Assembly: GCA_963692945.1 (NCBI GenBank)
Contig: OY843585.1
Location: 1,080,001-1,112,000 of the forward strand
Reading direction: 5' to 3'
Length of the DNA: 32,000 bases
DNA from: Bdellovibrionales bacterium
GTDB lineage: Bacteria; Bdellovibrionota; Bdellovibrionia; Bdellovibrionales; UBA1609
Positions 20,135 through 29,250 of this stretch are shown here, one piece after another. The notes under the pieces were generated by a model. It saw only the letters and a list, made by a program, of their open reading frames with translations. It did no database searches and was not told where the DNA came from. Made by a program: the position numbers and the translations under genes. Numbering within the stretch: the stretch's first letter is position 1; every line of letters starts with the position of its first letter.

Positions 20135-20851
20135 TTAGTTATCTTTCCAGCAACTTTTGGTTGATAAGCCTAACTTTCCTCTGATTCTTTGGCATTTCCC
20201 CTCAGATAACAAATTAGCAAGATTTTTATTAGAAACATAGTTAATGGCTTTTCTTCCATTTTCATCTTGAATGCCTACATCGGCTCCTGATTTTAGCAAC
20301 AGTTTAACAACCTCTATATGTCCTCCAATAGAAGCCCATATCAAAGCTGTTTTTTCCTGTTGACCTTGAATATCTACATCTGCTTCTTCTAAAAGTAACA
20401 GTTCAACAAGCTCTGGATGTCCTTGACTAGAAGCATGCATTAGAGCTGTATTCCCATAGGTGTTTTGACGATTTACATCTGCTTCTTCTAAAACCAACAG
20501 TTCAGCAATCTCTATATGCCCTTCATTAGAAGCATGCATCAGAGCTGTTTTTCCATTTTTATCTTGAATGTCTGCATCTGCTCCTTCTAAAAGTAACAGT
20601 TCAACAATCTCTATATGTCCTTTATGAGAAGCCCATGTCAGAGCTGTATCCCCAGATACATTTTGACGGTTCAGATCCTTTTCTTCTAACACCTTTAACT
20701 TTATCAGTTTTTTAACAATATCTACATCGCCTTTTTCAACAGCCAAAAAGAAGATTTCTATCTTTTCTTGAATGATCTCTGAAATATCTGCATAAGTTGA
20801 AGTGACTACAAAAGTAGTAAAAAAGGATAATACTAAAAATAATTTTTTCAT
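20135..20851 (-). CDS. Secreted ankyrin-repeat protein (about 5 regular 33-aa ANK repeats)
   Basis: GDTALTWASHKGHIEIVELLLLEGADADIQDKNGKTALMHASNEGHIEIAELL... . I prefer the ATG at 20851 (MKKLFLVLSFF...), which is preceded by AAGGAG, over the track start at 20884. Confidence 0.85.
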   Translation of the reverse strand: MKKLFLVLSFFTTFVVTSTYADISEIIQEKIEIFFLAVEKGDVDIVKKLIKLKVLEEKDLNRQNVSGDTALTWASHKGHIEIVELLLLEGADADIQDKNGKTALMHASNEGHIEIAELLVLEEADVNRQNTYGNTALMHASSQGHPELVELLLLEEADVDIQGQQEKTALIWASIGGHIEVVKLLLKSGADVGIQDENGRKAINYVSNKNLANLLSEGKCQRIRGKLGLSTKSCWKDN

Positions 20852-21056
20852 AAATACTCCTTTTAAGGATGTTGAACCATTCACATATTGAGGGATTTAA
20901 AAAATAAAATCAAGATAGAAACCAAAAAGTGCAAAAATTTCAAAAAGAGCTAAAAATTAAAACAGGATTCCTTCTTTTTTAAACTTAGGACAATGATTAT
21001 CGGTTTTTAGAAAATTTAAGACTAAATATCACTTTCCTAGCGGGTCATAAAATTTC

Positions 21057-21085
21057 TTGAAAAAACCAATAAATAGATATAAAAT
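21057..21085 (+). promoter_or_regulatory. Candidate erpA promoter placing the TSS at or next to the start codon
   Basis: TTGAAA (21057-21062), 17-nt spacer, TAAAAT (21080-21085). The ATG lies 8 nt downstream and there is no SD sequence. Confidence 0.4.
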
Positions 21086-21093
21086 AAGATATT

Positions 21094-21420
21094 ATGATAA
21101 GTGTATCTCCAGCAGCAGCAGAGCATATCGATTACCTCAAAGGTAGAGATAAAATAATAGATAATAAACCTCTTCGCATTTCTATAAAAGAAGGGGGTTG
21201 TTCTGGTTTTTCTTACAAATTAGATTTTGACAATAAAAAATTAGAAACGGATAAAGAATTTACTTCCAATGGTGTTCATTTGGTGATTGAAGCAAAAAGT
21301 CTCCTCTATCTTATGGGAATGGTTTTAGATTTTGATGGTGGACTCAATGGAAAAGGGTTTGTGTTTTCAAACCCCAATGCCAAAGACACTTGTGGTTGTG
21401 GCTTCTCCTTTGGAGTGTAA
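21094..21420 (+). CDS. erpA: Iron-sulfur cluster insertion protein (HesB/IscA/ErpA family)
   Basis: 108 aa. GGCSGFSY and C-terminal CGCGFSF cysteine motifs. Confidence 0.88.
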   Translation: MISVSPAAAEHIDYLKGRDKIIDNKPLRISIKEGGCSGFSYKLDFDNKKLETDKEFTSNGVHLVIEAKSLLYLMGMVLDFDGGLNGKGFVFSNPNAKDTCGCGFSFGV

Positions 21421-21612
21421 TTACAAAACTCTAGTGTGTGAATTTTTATTTTCACGAGCTTTTCATCGTAAAAGGGGACACTCTTCAAATCTCGTGAAAA
21501 ATAAAAGTTTTAACATAGAGAAAAACTTCTGTTTTTCGCATATGGGTAAGATCTTCAAATCTCGTTAAAATAAGAGTAGAAAAATATTTAAGTAATTGAA
21601 CTAGAGTTTTGT
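21421..21612. mobile_element. MITE-like member of the mosaic repeat family with perfect 13-bp TIRs
   Basis: TIRs acaaaactctagt (21423-21435) and actagagttttgt (21600-21612). Internal inverted core at 21459-21490 is enclosed by a stem (21443-21458 / 21491-21507). The element fills the whole gap between the erpA stop and the ferredoxin stop. Confidence 0.7.
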
Positions 21613-21613
21613 T

Positions 21614-22045
21614 TTAAGATTTATTCAAATTTTTTTTCATATCTTTAATATCTTCATCATCTTCAATAAGAATATCACTTTTAGATTGAGCTTCAGCAGC
21701 ATTTTTCTTTTGAGTTCGCTCTAAAAATTGTTGAGAAATCTTTCCTTGTTGAGCTCGCTCTTCTTGTTCTTTTAAATCAATAGTGACATTGCCAAAACAA
21801 TAAAGCTGGCAAGCCAATCGTCTTTGATCTACATAGTGTCCCTGACCAATCAATTTAAGTTCTTTAGTTGTTGGTGGAAAAACATTCATATCACCTTCTT
21901 TTAAAAATACGCGACAATCTCCACAAGTGCACATACCATTACAAGAAGATTGAATCTTTATTCCATTCTCCCTTGCCAATTCCAAAAGATTTTTATCTGA
22001 ATCAACTTCTAATTCTATATTTTGTGGTAAAAACTTAATCTTCAT
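21614..22045 (-). CDS. [2Fe-2S] ferredoxin (adrenodoxin/Fdx-type) with acidic/basic C-terminal tail
   Basis: Cys pattern C-x5-C-x2-C ... C (SSCNGMCTCGDC ... RLACQ). 143 aa. Confidence 0.8.
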   Translation of the reverse strand: MKIKFLPQNIELEVDSDKNLLELARENGIKIQSSCNGMCTCGDCRVFLKEGDMNVFPPTTKELKLIGQGHYVDQRRLACQLYCFGNVTIDLKEQEERAQQGKISQQFLERTQKKNAAEAQSKSDILIEDDEDIKDMKKNLNKS

Positions 22046-22049
22046 AACA

Positions 22050-23327
22050 TCACTTCACCTTTACTTTTACAAATTTTCTTTTCCCAGAACTGAGTAAAAA
22101 ACTATCTCCAACTTCTAAATTTATTTTTTGCTGAGCATCTTTTATTTTCTCTCTATCTTTTTTAATAGCCCCTTCTAAAACTTGACGACGAGCTTCGCTG
22201 GTAGATGAACTCAAACCCGTCTCTTTTATTAAATGACAAATCCAAACCTCTTTAGAAGCTTTCATTACTTTTTCTGGTATATTGTCTGGCAAACCTCTAT
22301 CTGAAAAAATACGAAGAAACTCTTCTTTAGCCTGTTTGGCTTGTTGATCTCCATACAAACTATAAACAACAGACCAAGCCAAAAGCTCTTTTTGTTCCTT
22401 AGGGTTAAGCGTCTTCTCCTTCATTTGTTGCTCAAATTGAGAGTCACAATATCCTCCTGTAAGAACCTTCCAATATCTCATCAGCAATTCATCAGAGATT
22501 TTCATCATTTTACCAAATACATCTTTTGGAGAATCATTAAAAGAAATGGCATTACCTAAACTTTTAGACATTTTTTGTATCCCATCTAAACCTTCTAATA
22601 AAGGCAGGGTTAAAACACATTGTGGAACTTGGTTAAAGTGACTTTGCAACTCTCGCCCTAAAAGCAAATTAAATAACTGATCGGTTCCTCCTAATTCAAC
22701 ATCCGCTTTTATCTCTAAAGAATCATAAGCTTGAAGAACAGGATAAAAAAACTCATGAAGCCCTATAGGTTTTTCAGATTTATATCGGTCTGAAAAATCA
22801 TTTCGCTCCAACTGACGAGCCACTGTCAGTTGAGATGCTATTTCTATAATAAATTTTCTAAGAGAAATTTTTTCTAACCATTTAGAATTGTATAAAATTT
22901 TTGTTTTTTTAGAATTGAGTCGTTTTAAATAGTTTAAAAGATTCTCCGTTTTTATATCTATATCTTTTGGATTTTCAAAGTTTTTTTGTGTCACCTGTTT
23001 GATATAAGTTTTAGCATTTTTCTTAGCCTCTTTTTGAGATAAAAGAGGTCTTGTTTTATTTTGCCCAGAAGGATCACCTATACAAGCCGTAAAATCTCCA
23101 ACAATAAAAATAACTTCATGACCTAATTCTTGAAATTGACGAAGTTTATTCACTAATACAGAATGACCTAAATGAATATCAGGACGAGAAGGATCAAACC
23201 CTGCCTTAATTTTTAAAGGACGATTCTCTTTTAATTTTTTTAACAACTCTTCTTGTTGAATAAAATCAACCACACCAGAAGAAATGATTTTGAGCTGTTC
23301 TTTTGGATCTAAAAATTTATAAGACAT
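22050..23327 (-). CDS. tyrS: Tyrosine--tRNA ligase
   Basis: HIGH-type motif (PDIHLGHS), KMSKS motif, and C-terminal S4-like domain. Confidence 0.9.
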   Translation of the reverse strand: MSYKFLDPKEQLKIISSGVVDFIQQEELLKKLKENRPLKIKAGFDPSRPDIHLGHSVLVNKLRQFQELGHEVIFIVGDFTACIGDPSGQNKTRPLLSQKEAKKNAKTYIKQVTQKNFENPKDIDIKTENLLNYLKRLNSKKTKILYNSKWLEKISLRKFIIEIASQLTVARQLERNDFSDRYKSEKPIGLHEFFYPVLQAYDSLEIKADVELGGTDQLFNLLLGRELQSHFNQVPQCVLTLPLLEGLDGIQKMSKSLGNAISFNDSPKDVFGKMMKISDELLMRYWKVLTGGYCDSQFEQQMKEKTLNPKEQKELLAWSVVYSLYGDQQAKQAKEEFLRIFSDRGLPDNIPEKVMKASKEVWICHLIKETGLSSSTSEARRQVLEGAIKKDREKIKDAQQKINLEVGDSFLLSSGKRKFVKVKVK

Positions 23328-23342
23328 TTTTTATCTCTGTTT

Positions 23343-24947
23343 TCAACGAGCATGCTCTACAATACGATATTCTCTCACAACACTCACCTTCACTTCTCCT
23401 GAAAGATTCATTTCTCGTTTGATTTTAGATGCAATATCTCGGCTTAACATAGACATTTGATGGTCACCAATAACTTTAGCTGTATCTACAAGAACTCGTA
23501 TTTCTTTTCCAGCTTGAATAGCAAAACTCCTTGCAACTCCATCAAAACTATTTGCAACGGATTCAAGGTCTTTTAATCGATTCACATAACTTTCTAGTAG
23601 AGATCTTTTCGCTCCAGAACGAGCACGAGATAAATTGTAAGTGCATTGTAAAATATGGTCTAAAATACTAACTGCTTTCATTTTTCCATCATGACAACGA
23701 ATGGCTTGAACAATTTTTTCTTTTTCTCCATGCTTTCTACAAAATTCAGCACCAACAACAGAGTAACTTCCTTCCACCATATGAGGCACTCCCAATCCAA
23801 TAGCATGAAGTAATCCAGCACGACGAGCCATCTTTTCATCGGAACCAATTTCAGAAGCTAAAAGAGCTGCAATATAGGCAATCTCTGTAGAGTATTTTAA
23901 AAGGTTTTGTCCTTCTATAAAACGATACTGTAAACCTCCTAATATATGAACAATCTCAGGATGAACATCATGGATTCCTAAATCAAAGCATGTTTTTTTC
24001 CCATCTTCTTTCATTTTAGAAAAAATTTCTCTTCTGATTTTTTCAACCACTTCCTCAATCAATGAAGGATGGACGCGTCCTTCTTCCATTAATTTTTCAA
24101 GAGTTTTTTTAGCAACCGCTCTACGAACAGGATCAAAACAGGAGATAGACACTATCTCTTGACCTTCTTCAATAATTAAATCGACTCCACAAGAAGCTTC
24201 CAAAGCTCTAATGTTTCGCCCTTCCCTACCAATAATCTTACCTTTTGTAGATGTTCCAATAATAGGTAAAGTTTCTACAGTTCTTTCTGCTGTCACTTCG
24301 GCAGAGTAACGAACCATAGATTGAGCAATAATGAGTCGCACCTTCTCTTCTGATTTTTTAACCATCTCTTCTTCTATTTGAGTCAGGCGACTATTTATTT
24401 CCTTTTTCACCTCTTCTTCAAAAGTTTTCTTTAAATTTTCTCTTGCTTCCGATTGAGTCATAGAAGCAACGGCTTCTAAAGATTTTCCTAATTGCTCATT
24501 GTATTTTTGTGTCTGCTCTTTAAGGTTGACAAGTTTTTTCTCAGATATTTCAAGTATTTCTTTTTCTTGCGACAAAAACTTCTCTAGTTTTTCCAATTCA
24601 CTTTCTTTCATTTTGAATTCCGTTTCCACCTGCTCTTCTTTTTGTTGCAATTTATACTCTTTATTTTCTAATTGCTTCCTAATATTTTTGATCTCTTTTT
24701 CTAATTCTCTTTTAGAGTTTTCTTCTAACTCCTTTGCTTTTTGTTTAGATTGTCTCTCCATTTTGCCCGCTTGAGACTTTGCACGATTTAAAATAAGATC
24801 CATTTCTTTTTGAAGAGTCTTATTTCTTTTTTGAGCCATTAACCGAGCGTAAAAAAGAAATAAAATACTCCCTATCACAACACCAGAAATAAAACTAATT
24901 AAGGTCTCTAAAAACATTCTATCCATATCAAGCCGTCCTTTTGTCAA
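23343..24947 (-). CDS. rny: Ribonuclease Y
   Basis: N-terminal TM helix, long Lys/Glu coiled coil, KH domain (GKIIGREGRNIRALE) and HD domain. A more likely start is the ATG at 24926 (MDRMF...), right after the upstream stop. Confidence 0.9.
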   Translation of the reverse strand: MTKGRLDMDRMFLETLISFISGVVIGSILFLFYARLMAQKRNKTLQKEMDLILNRAKSQAGKMERQSKQKAKELEENSKRELEKEIKNIRKQLENKEYKLQQKEEQVETEFKMKESELEKLEKFLSQEKEILEISEKKLVNLKEQTQKYNEQLGKSLEAVASMTQSEARENLKKTFEEEVKKEINSRLTQIEEEMVKKSEEKVRLIIAQSMVRYSAEVTAERTVETLPIIGTSTKGKIIGREGRNIRALEASCGVDLIIEEGQEIVSISCFDPVRRAVAKKTLEKLMEEGRVHPSLIEEVVEKIRREIFSKMKEDGKKTCFDLGIHDVHPEIVHILGGLQYRFIEGQNLLKYSTEIAYIAALLASEIGSDEKMARRAGLLHAIGLGVPHMVEGSYSVVGAEFCRKHGEKEKIVQAIRCHDGKMKAVSILDHILQCTYNLSRARSGAKRSLLESYVNRLKDLESVANSFDGVARSFAIQAGKEIRVLVDTAKVIGDHQMSMLSRDIASKIKREMNLSGEVKVSVVREYRIVEHAR

Positions 24948-25560
24948 AATGATTTAAATTTGTTTTTGTTGCTCTAGGTATTAGAATAAATGAACCTGTA
25001 ACAACTGCATCCATCAAAACATCATGCTCTTCTAAAGGAAAAGACTCTTCATAAATTTGTTCCTTAAAGGCAATGCCTATTTTAAGAGAGGATTCTTTAA
25101 TAGAAGATTTTGATAAAGTTTTATCATAGTAGGCTCGGCCACGACCAAGCCTTCCACCTTGTCTATCAAAAACCCTTCCCGGAATTAGAAAAACATCTAT
25201 GTCTTTTAAAGAAACTTTTTTACTTTTTTCAGGAATAGGCTCTAACAGAGAAAAGGAATTTCTTTGAAAAGAATCCTTTCCATCTGGAAAGTAAAACTCT
25301 AAGTGATTTTCACAAATAAGAGGAAAGACAAACCGACTTTTAAGATGAGATGCATGAAAGGCTTCTAAAGAAACTTCATCTGGCAAAGATTGATAGGAAG
25401 CAATGATGCATTGAGAGTCCCAAAAATTGAAAGAAGATAGTTTTTTGATTATCTGTTTTTCTTGATCTTTGAATTCAGTTGAACTTCTTTTTTGTTTTAA
25501 ATCTTTTAATTTTTTAACATAAAAAGATCGTAATTTATTTTTCTGTGTTAACACGGTCAA
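24928..25560 (-). CDS. ygfA: 5-formyltetrahydrofolate cyclo-ligase
   Basis: 210 aa with the GGRLGRGRAYYD family signature. Lies downstream of zapA, as in many bacteria. Confidence 0.8.
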   Translation of the reverse strand: MTVLTQKNKLRSFYVKKLKDLKQKRSSTEFKDQEKQIIKKLSSFNFWDSQCIIASYQSLPDEVSLEAFHASHLKSRFVFPLICENHLEFYFPDGKDSFQRNSFSLLEPIPEKSKKVSLKDIDVFLIPGRVFDRQGGRLGRGRAYYDKTLSKSSIKESSLKIGIAFKEQIYEESFPLEEHDVLMDAVVTGSFILIPRATKTNLNHFDKRTA

Positions 25561-25604
25561 AACCCCTTACAAATAAATTTAAACTTGAAAAGAAAAATAT
25601 CTTC

Positions 25605-25913
25605 TTAAAGACTTTTTTCATTTTCAAGATTTATACCTTGTGAGGAGGACTCTAAATCTTTTAAAACATTTCTTGCTTTGGATTCTAAGTGATCTAAATT
25701 TTGATTTATGGCTTTTTTCAAAAAATATCTATCTTCGGCAAAGCCAAGACATGTTAAAAATAAAGCTTTTTCAAGAGAAATAGAACGATGATTTTTCTTA
25801 ATTTTTTGAAATTTTTCCTCAACTTCACATTTAAAGGTTTCAAGGGTCTGTTTATTATGATCTGTTTTCAATTTTAAAGGATAACCACACAATTGAATTT
25901 CATAAATTTCCAT
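25605..25913 (-). CDS. zapA: Cell division protein ZapA
   Basis: ATG at 25913 is preceded by AAGGTGGA. The ~102 aa product begins MEIYEIQLCGYPLKLKTD, which is ZapA-like. The 152-aa track ORF is probably over-extended. Confidence 0.65.
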   Translation of the reverse strand: MEIYEIQLCGYPLKLKTDHNKQTLETFKCEVEEKFQKIKKNHRSISLEKALFLTCLGFAEDRYFLKKAINQNLDHLESKARNVLKDLESSSQGINLENEKSL

Positions 25914-26160
25914 AAAATTCCACCTTATTTCTCTGAGTTCTCCACAACTCTTAAATGGAATTATAAAGTAAGACTTCCTTTTCGTCAAACCTCCATTTGA
26001 TAGAATCACTATCACTGTGTAAGCCCTATTGATAAAAGGTTTTAAATCAAGGAGAAAAGTCAATTACACTTTGAGAGAGCAACCTATTGCATTAAAGGGT
26101 CTCTAATTGATACTCTTTATTGTTATACAGGCCATACTAAGGTAAAATTTTAAAGTTTTT

Positions 26161-29010
26161 ATGAAAGCAACACAAAAACCCAGTTTCACTAAAAGACACC
26201 TAGGACCAGACAAGGAAGAACAGTCTCAAATCCTAAAATCTTTAAAAGTCTCTTCTCTAGATGAACTCACTCAATCTGCTATTCCCTCTGAAATTTATGG
26301 AAAAGACACCTTTCAGCTAGGACCTCCTTTATCCGAACAAGCTTTGTTGAAAAAAGCCAAACTATTGGGAGAGAAAAACAAACTTTTCAAAAATTATATT
26401 GGAATGGGCTACAATCCTTCTATCACACCAGGAGTTATCACTCGCAACATTCTAGAAAACCCTGTGTGGTACACATCTTATACACCTTATCAATCCGAAC
26501 TGGCTCAAGGACGACTTGAAGCTCTTTTAAATTTTCAAACTGTCATCAAAGATTTAACAGGAATGGAAATAGCCAATGCCTCTCTACTGGATGAAGGAAC
26601 GGCTGCTGCAGAAGCTCTTGTTTTAACAAAAAATGTCAATGAACAAAAACCTAAAGCTCATAAATTTTTTGTAGATCAATATTGTTTTCCTCAAACTCTA
26701 GATGTTTTAAAAACAAGGTCTGAATCTCTTGGTTGGGAAATGGAAGTAGGAGATTTTAAAACTTTCAAAGGAGGTGAAGAGTATTTTTCTGTTATCATTC
26801 AATATCCAAATAGCCTTGGCTCTATTGAAGACATCCAAGCTTTTCTCAAAAAAATGGAAGAACAAAATATTCTTTCTATAGTTATTACAGATCCTCTAAG
26901 TTTAACACTGCTCACTCCACCAGGAGAGATGGGAGCTCATGTTGTTGTAGGCAGTTCTCAAAGATTAGGCTTGGCTCTTTTTTTTGGTGGCCCTCATGCA
27001 GCTTATTTTGCCACAAAAGAAAAATATGTTCATTCTATGCCCGGAAGAATTGTAGGTCTTTCAAAAGATCGCCACAACAATCCCGCTCTAAGACTTGCTC
27101 TTCAAGTTAGAGAACAACATATAAAAAGAGAAAGAGCGACAAGTAATATTTGCACAGCTCAAGTGCTTCTAGCCATTGCAGCCAGCTTCTATGCCGTCTA
27201 TCATGGACCTAAAGGTTTAAAAAAAATATCCAGTAAAATTAATGATTTAACAAAAAAACTTTATGAAATACTTTCATCATTTGAAGGAGAAATAAAAAAC
27301 TCCAGTTTCTTTGATACCATTTACTGGGAACTGGATTCCGAAGAAAAAGCACAAGAAATACAAAAACTTTTTTGGAAGGAAGAAATCAATATTGGAAGAC
27401 CTAGCTTAACAAGTCTTTCTTGGACACTCAACGAAACAACTGAAGAAGAAGATTTGCTAAAAATAAAAGAGATTTTAAAAAATCAGTCTGTTGTTCTTTC
27501 TAACAAAAAAACGAGAAAAGAAGCCATAGGAATACCGCAAAAATTACAAAGAATGAGTGATTACTTAAAGCACCCTACTTTTAACAACTACCACTCTGAA
27601 ACAAAAATTCTTAGGTATATACACAAACTTCAAAATAAAGAATTATCACTGACACACTCTATGATTCCCCTAGGTTCTTGCACTATGAAATTAAATTCTG
27701 TAACAGAAATGACAGCTCTTTCTTGGCCTTGTTTTTCAGATTTACATCCTTTTGCCCCTACAGATCAAAGCCAAGGTTATCGTGAGTTGATTAAAGAGTT
27801 GGAACAACAACTGTGTGAGTTGACAGGATTTCATAGTTTTTCTTTCCAACCCAATGCTGGATCTCAAGGAGAGTATGCTGGTCTTTTAGCTATTAAAACC
27901 TATCATCAAAAAAAGAATCAAAGTCATAGAAATATCTGTTTAATACCCTCTTCTGCTCATGGAACCAATCCCGCTAGTGCTATAATGGCAGGATTAAAAG
28001 TTGTCCCTGTCGCTTGCACAAAAGAAGGACCTATTGATCAAGAGGATTTACAAAACAAACTGAAAATTTATGGAGATAAATTATCTTGTATAATGATAAC
28101 CTACCCTTCAACTTATGGTGTTTTTGAAGAAGGCATAACAGAAATTTGTTCTAAAATTCATAACTCTGGAGGACTTGTCTATCTTGACGGAGCCAATATG
28201 AATGCTCTTCTTGGTCTTTGTAAATTAAGAAGTATTGGATTTGATGTTTGCCATTTAAATTTACATAAAACTTTTTGTATTCCTCACGGCGGAGGAGGTC
28301 CTGGAGTAGGCCCTGTAGGTGTTTGTGAAGAATTAAAAGATTTTTTACCAAACCATTGGACTTTTAAAAAAGATTCTGCACTTGGAGCCATTAGTTCTTC
28401 TCCTTATGGAAGTGCAGGTATTTTATCTATTTCTTGGGCTTATATTTCTTTAATGTCTCACGAAGGTTTAAAACAATCGGCTCAAGTGGCTATAGCCAAT
28501 GCAAATTACATTGCAGAACAATTACAACCTTTCTATCGCGTTCTCTTTAAAGGAAAAAACAATCGGGTGGCTCATGAATGCATTGTGGATTTTAGAAAAT
28601 TCAAAAATACAGCAGGTGTTACTATTGATGATATTTCCAAACGTTTAATAGATTATGGCTTTCATGCTCCTACAATGTCTTGGCCTGTTCCTGGAACTTT
28701 AATGATAGAACCTACAGAAAGTGAATCCAAAGAGGAGATGGATAAGTTTTGTTCTGCACTTATCTCTATTAAAAAAGAAATTGAAGAGACTGAAAAAAAT
28801 CTAAAGTTTTCTTTATTGAAAAATGCTCCTCATACTTTAGAAGATGCTCTTAAAGAAAAATGGCCTTTTTCTTACTCTAAAGAACAAGCGTTTTACCCTT
28901 TAAGCTGGATTAAGGAACGTAAGTTTTGGCCAGCCGTTTCTCGTATTGAAAATGCTTACGGAGATATTCATCTTGTTTGTTCATGTCCTTCTATGAAAGA
29001 TTTTGAATAA
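26161..29010 (+). CDS. gcvP: Glycine dehydrogenase (decarboxylating), single-chain P protein
   Basis: 949 aa. N-terminal FTKRHLGPD and PLP-lysine region HLNLHKTFCIPHGGGGPG. Confidence 0.93.
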   Translation: MKATQKPSFTKRHLGPDKEEQSQILKSLKVSSLDELTQSAIPSEIYGKDTFQLGPPLSEQALLKKAKLLGEKNKLFKNYIGMGYNPSITPGVITRNILENPVWYTSYTPYQSELAQGRLEALLNFQTVIKDLTGMEIANASLLDEGTAAAEALVLTKNVNEQKPKAHKFFVDQYCFPQTLDVLKTRSESLGWEMEVGDFKTFKGGEEYFSVIIQYPNSLGSIEDIQAFLKKMEEQNILSIVITDPLSLTLLTPPGEMGAHVVVGSSQRLGLALFFGGPHAAYFATKEKYVHSMPGRIVGLSKDRHNNPALRLALQVREQHIKRERATSNICTAQVLLAIAASFYAVYHGPKGLKKISSKINDLTKKLYEILSSFEGEIKNSSFFDTIYWELDSEEKAQEIQKLFWKEEINIGRPSLTSLSWTLNETTEEEDLLKIKEILKNQSVVLSNKKTRKEAIGIPQKLQRMSDYLKHPTFNNYHSETKILRYIHKLQNKELSLTHSMIPLGSCTMKLNSVTEMTALSWPCFSDLHPFAPTDQSQGYRELIKELEQQLCELTGFHSFSFQPNAGSQGEYAGLLAIKTYHQKKNQSHRNICLIPSSAHGTNPASAIMAGLKVVPVACTKEGPIDQEDLQNKLKIYGDKLSCIMITYPSTYGVFEEGITEICSKIHNSGGLVYLDGANMNALLGLCKLRSIGFDVCHLNLHKTFCIPHGGGGPGVGPVGVCEELKDFLPNHWTFKKDSALGAISSSPYGSAGILSISWAYISLMSHEGLKQSAQVAIANANYIAEQLQPFYRVLFKGKNNRVAHECIVDFRKFKNTAGVTIDDISKRLIDYGFHAPTMSWPVPGTLMIEPTESESKEEMDKFCSALISIKKEIEETEKNLKFSLLKNAPHTLEDALKEKWPFSYSKEQAFYPLSWIKERKFWPAVSRIENAYGDIHLVCSCPSMKDFE

Positions 29011-29250
29011 ACCGTATTTTATAAACACTTACTTTTTATTTTTTCTGAACAATATTTTTGAATACGGTAACTAGCGATTTGAAGATTTTGAATAAACCGT
29101 ATTTTATAAACACTTACTTTTTATTTTTTCTGAACAATATTTTTGAATACGGTAACTAGCGATTTGAAGATTTTGAATAAACCGTATTTATAAACACTTA
29201 CTTTTTATTTTTTCTGAACAATATTTTTGAATACGGTAACTAGCGATTTG
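28997..29250. repeat. 85-bp tandem repeat x3 spanning the 3' ends of both convergent genes
   Basis: Units at 28997-29081, 29082-29166 and 29167-29250 (84 bp). Each carries aagattttgaataa (gcvP end plus stop) and the reverse complement of the last 21 codons plus stop of the 29188-30582 gene. Confidence 0.92.

Noticed and set aside
25561-25604. 6S RNA (ssrS) between zapA and the 5-formyl-THF cyclo-ligase gene, as in the conserved zapA-ssrS-ygfA arrangement.
   Set aside because: The gap is only 44 nt, far too short for a ~180-nt 6S RNA. If present in this genome, it must lie elsewhere.
25914-26160. Glycine riboswitch upstream of gcvP.
   Set aside because: No ACCGAAGG/GGAGAG-type conserved aptamer motifs are visible. 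Only a short 5-6-bp hairpin (about 26073-26103) is present.
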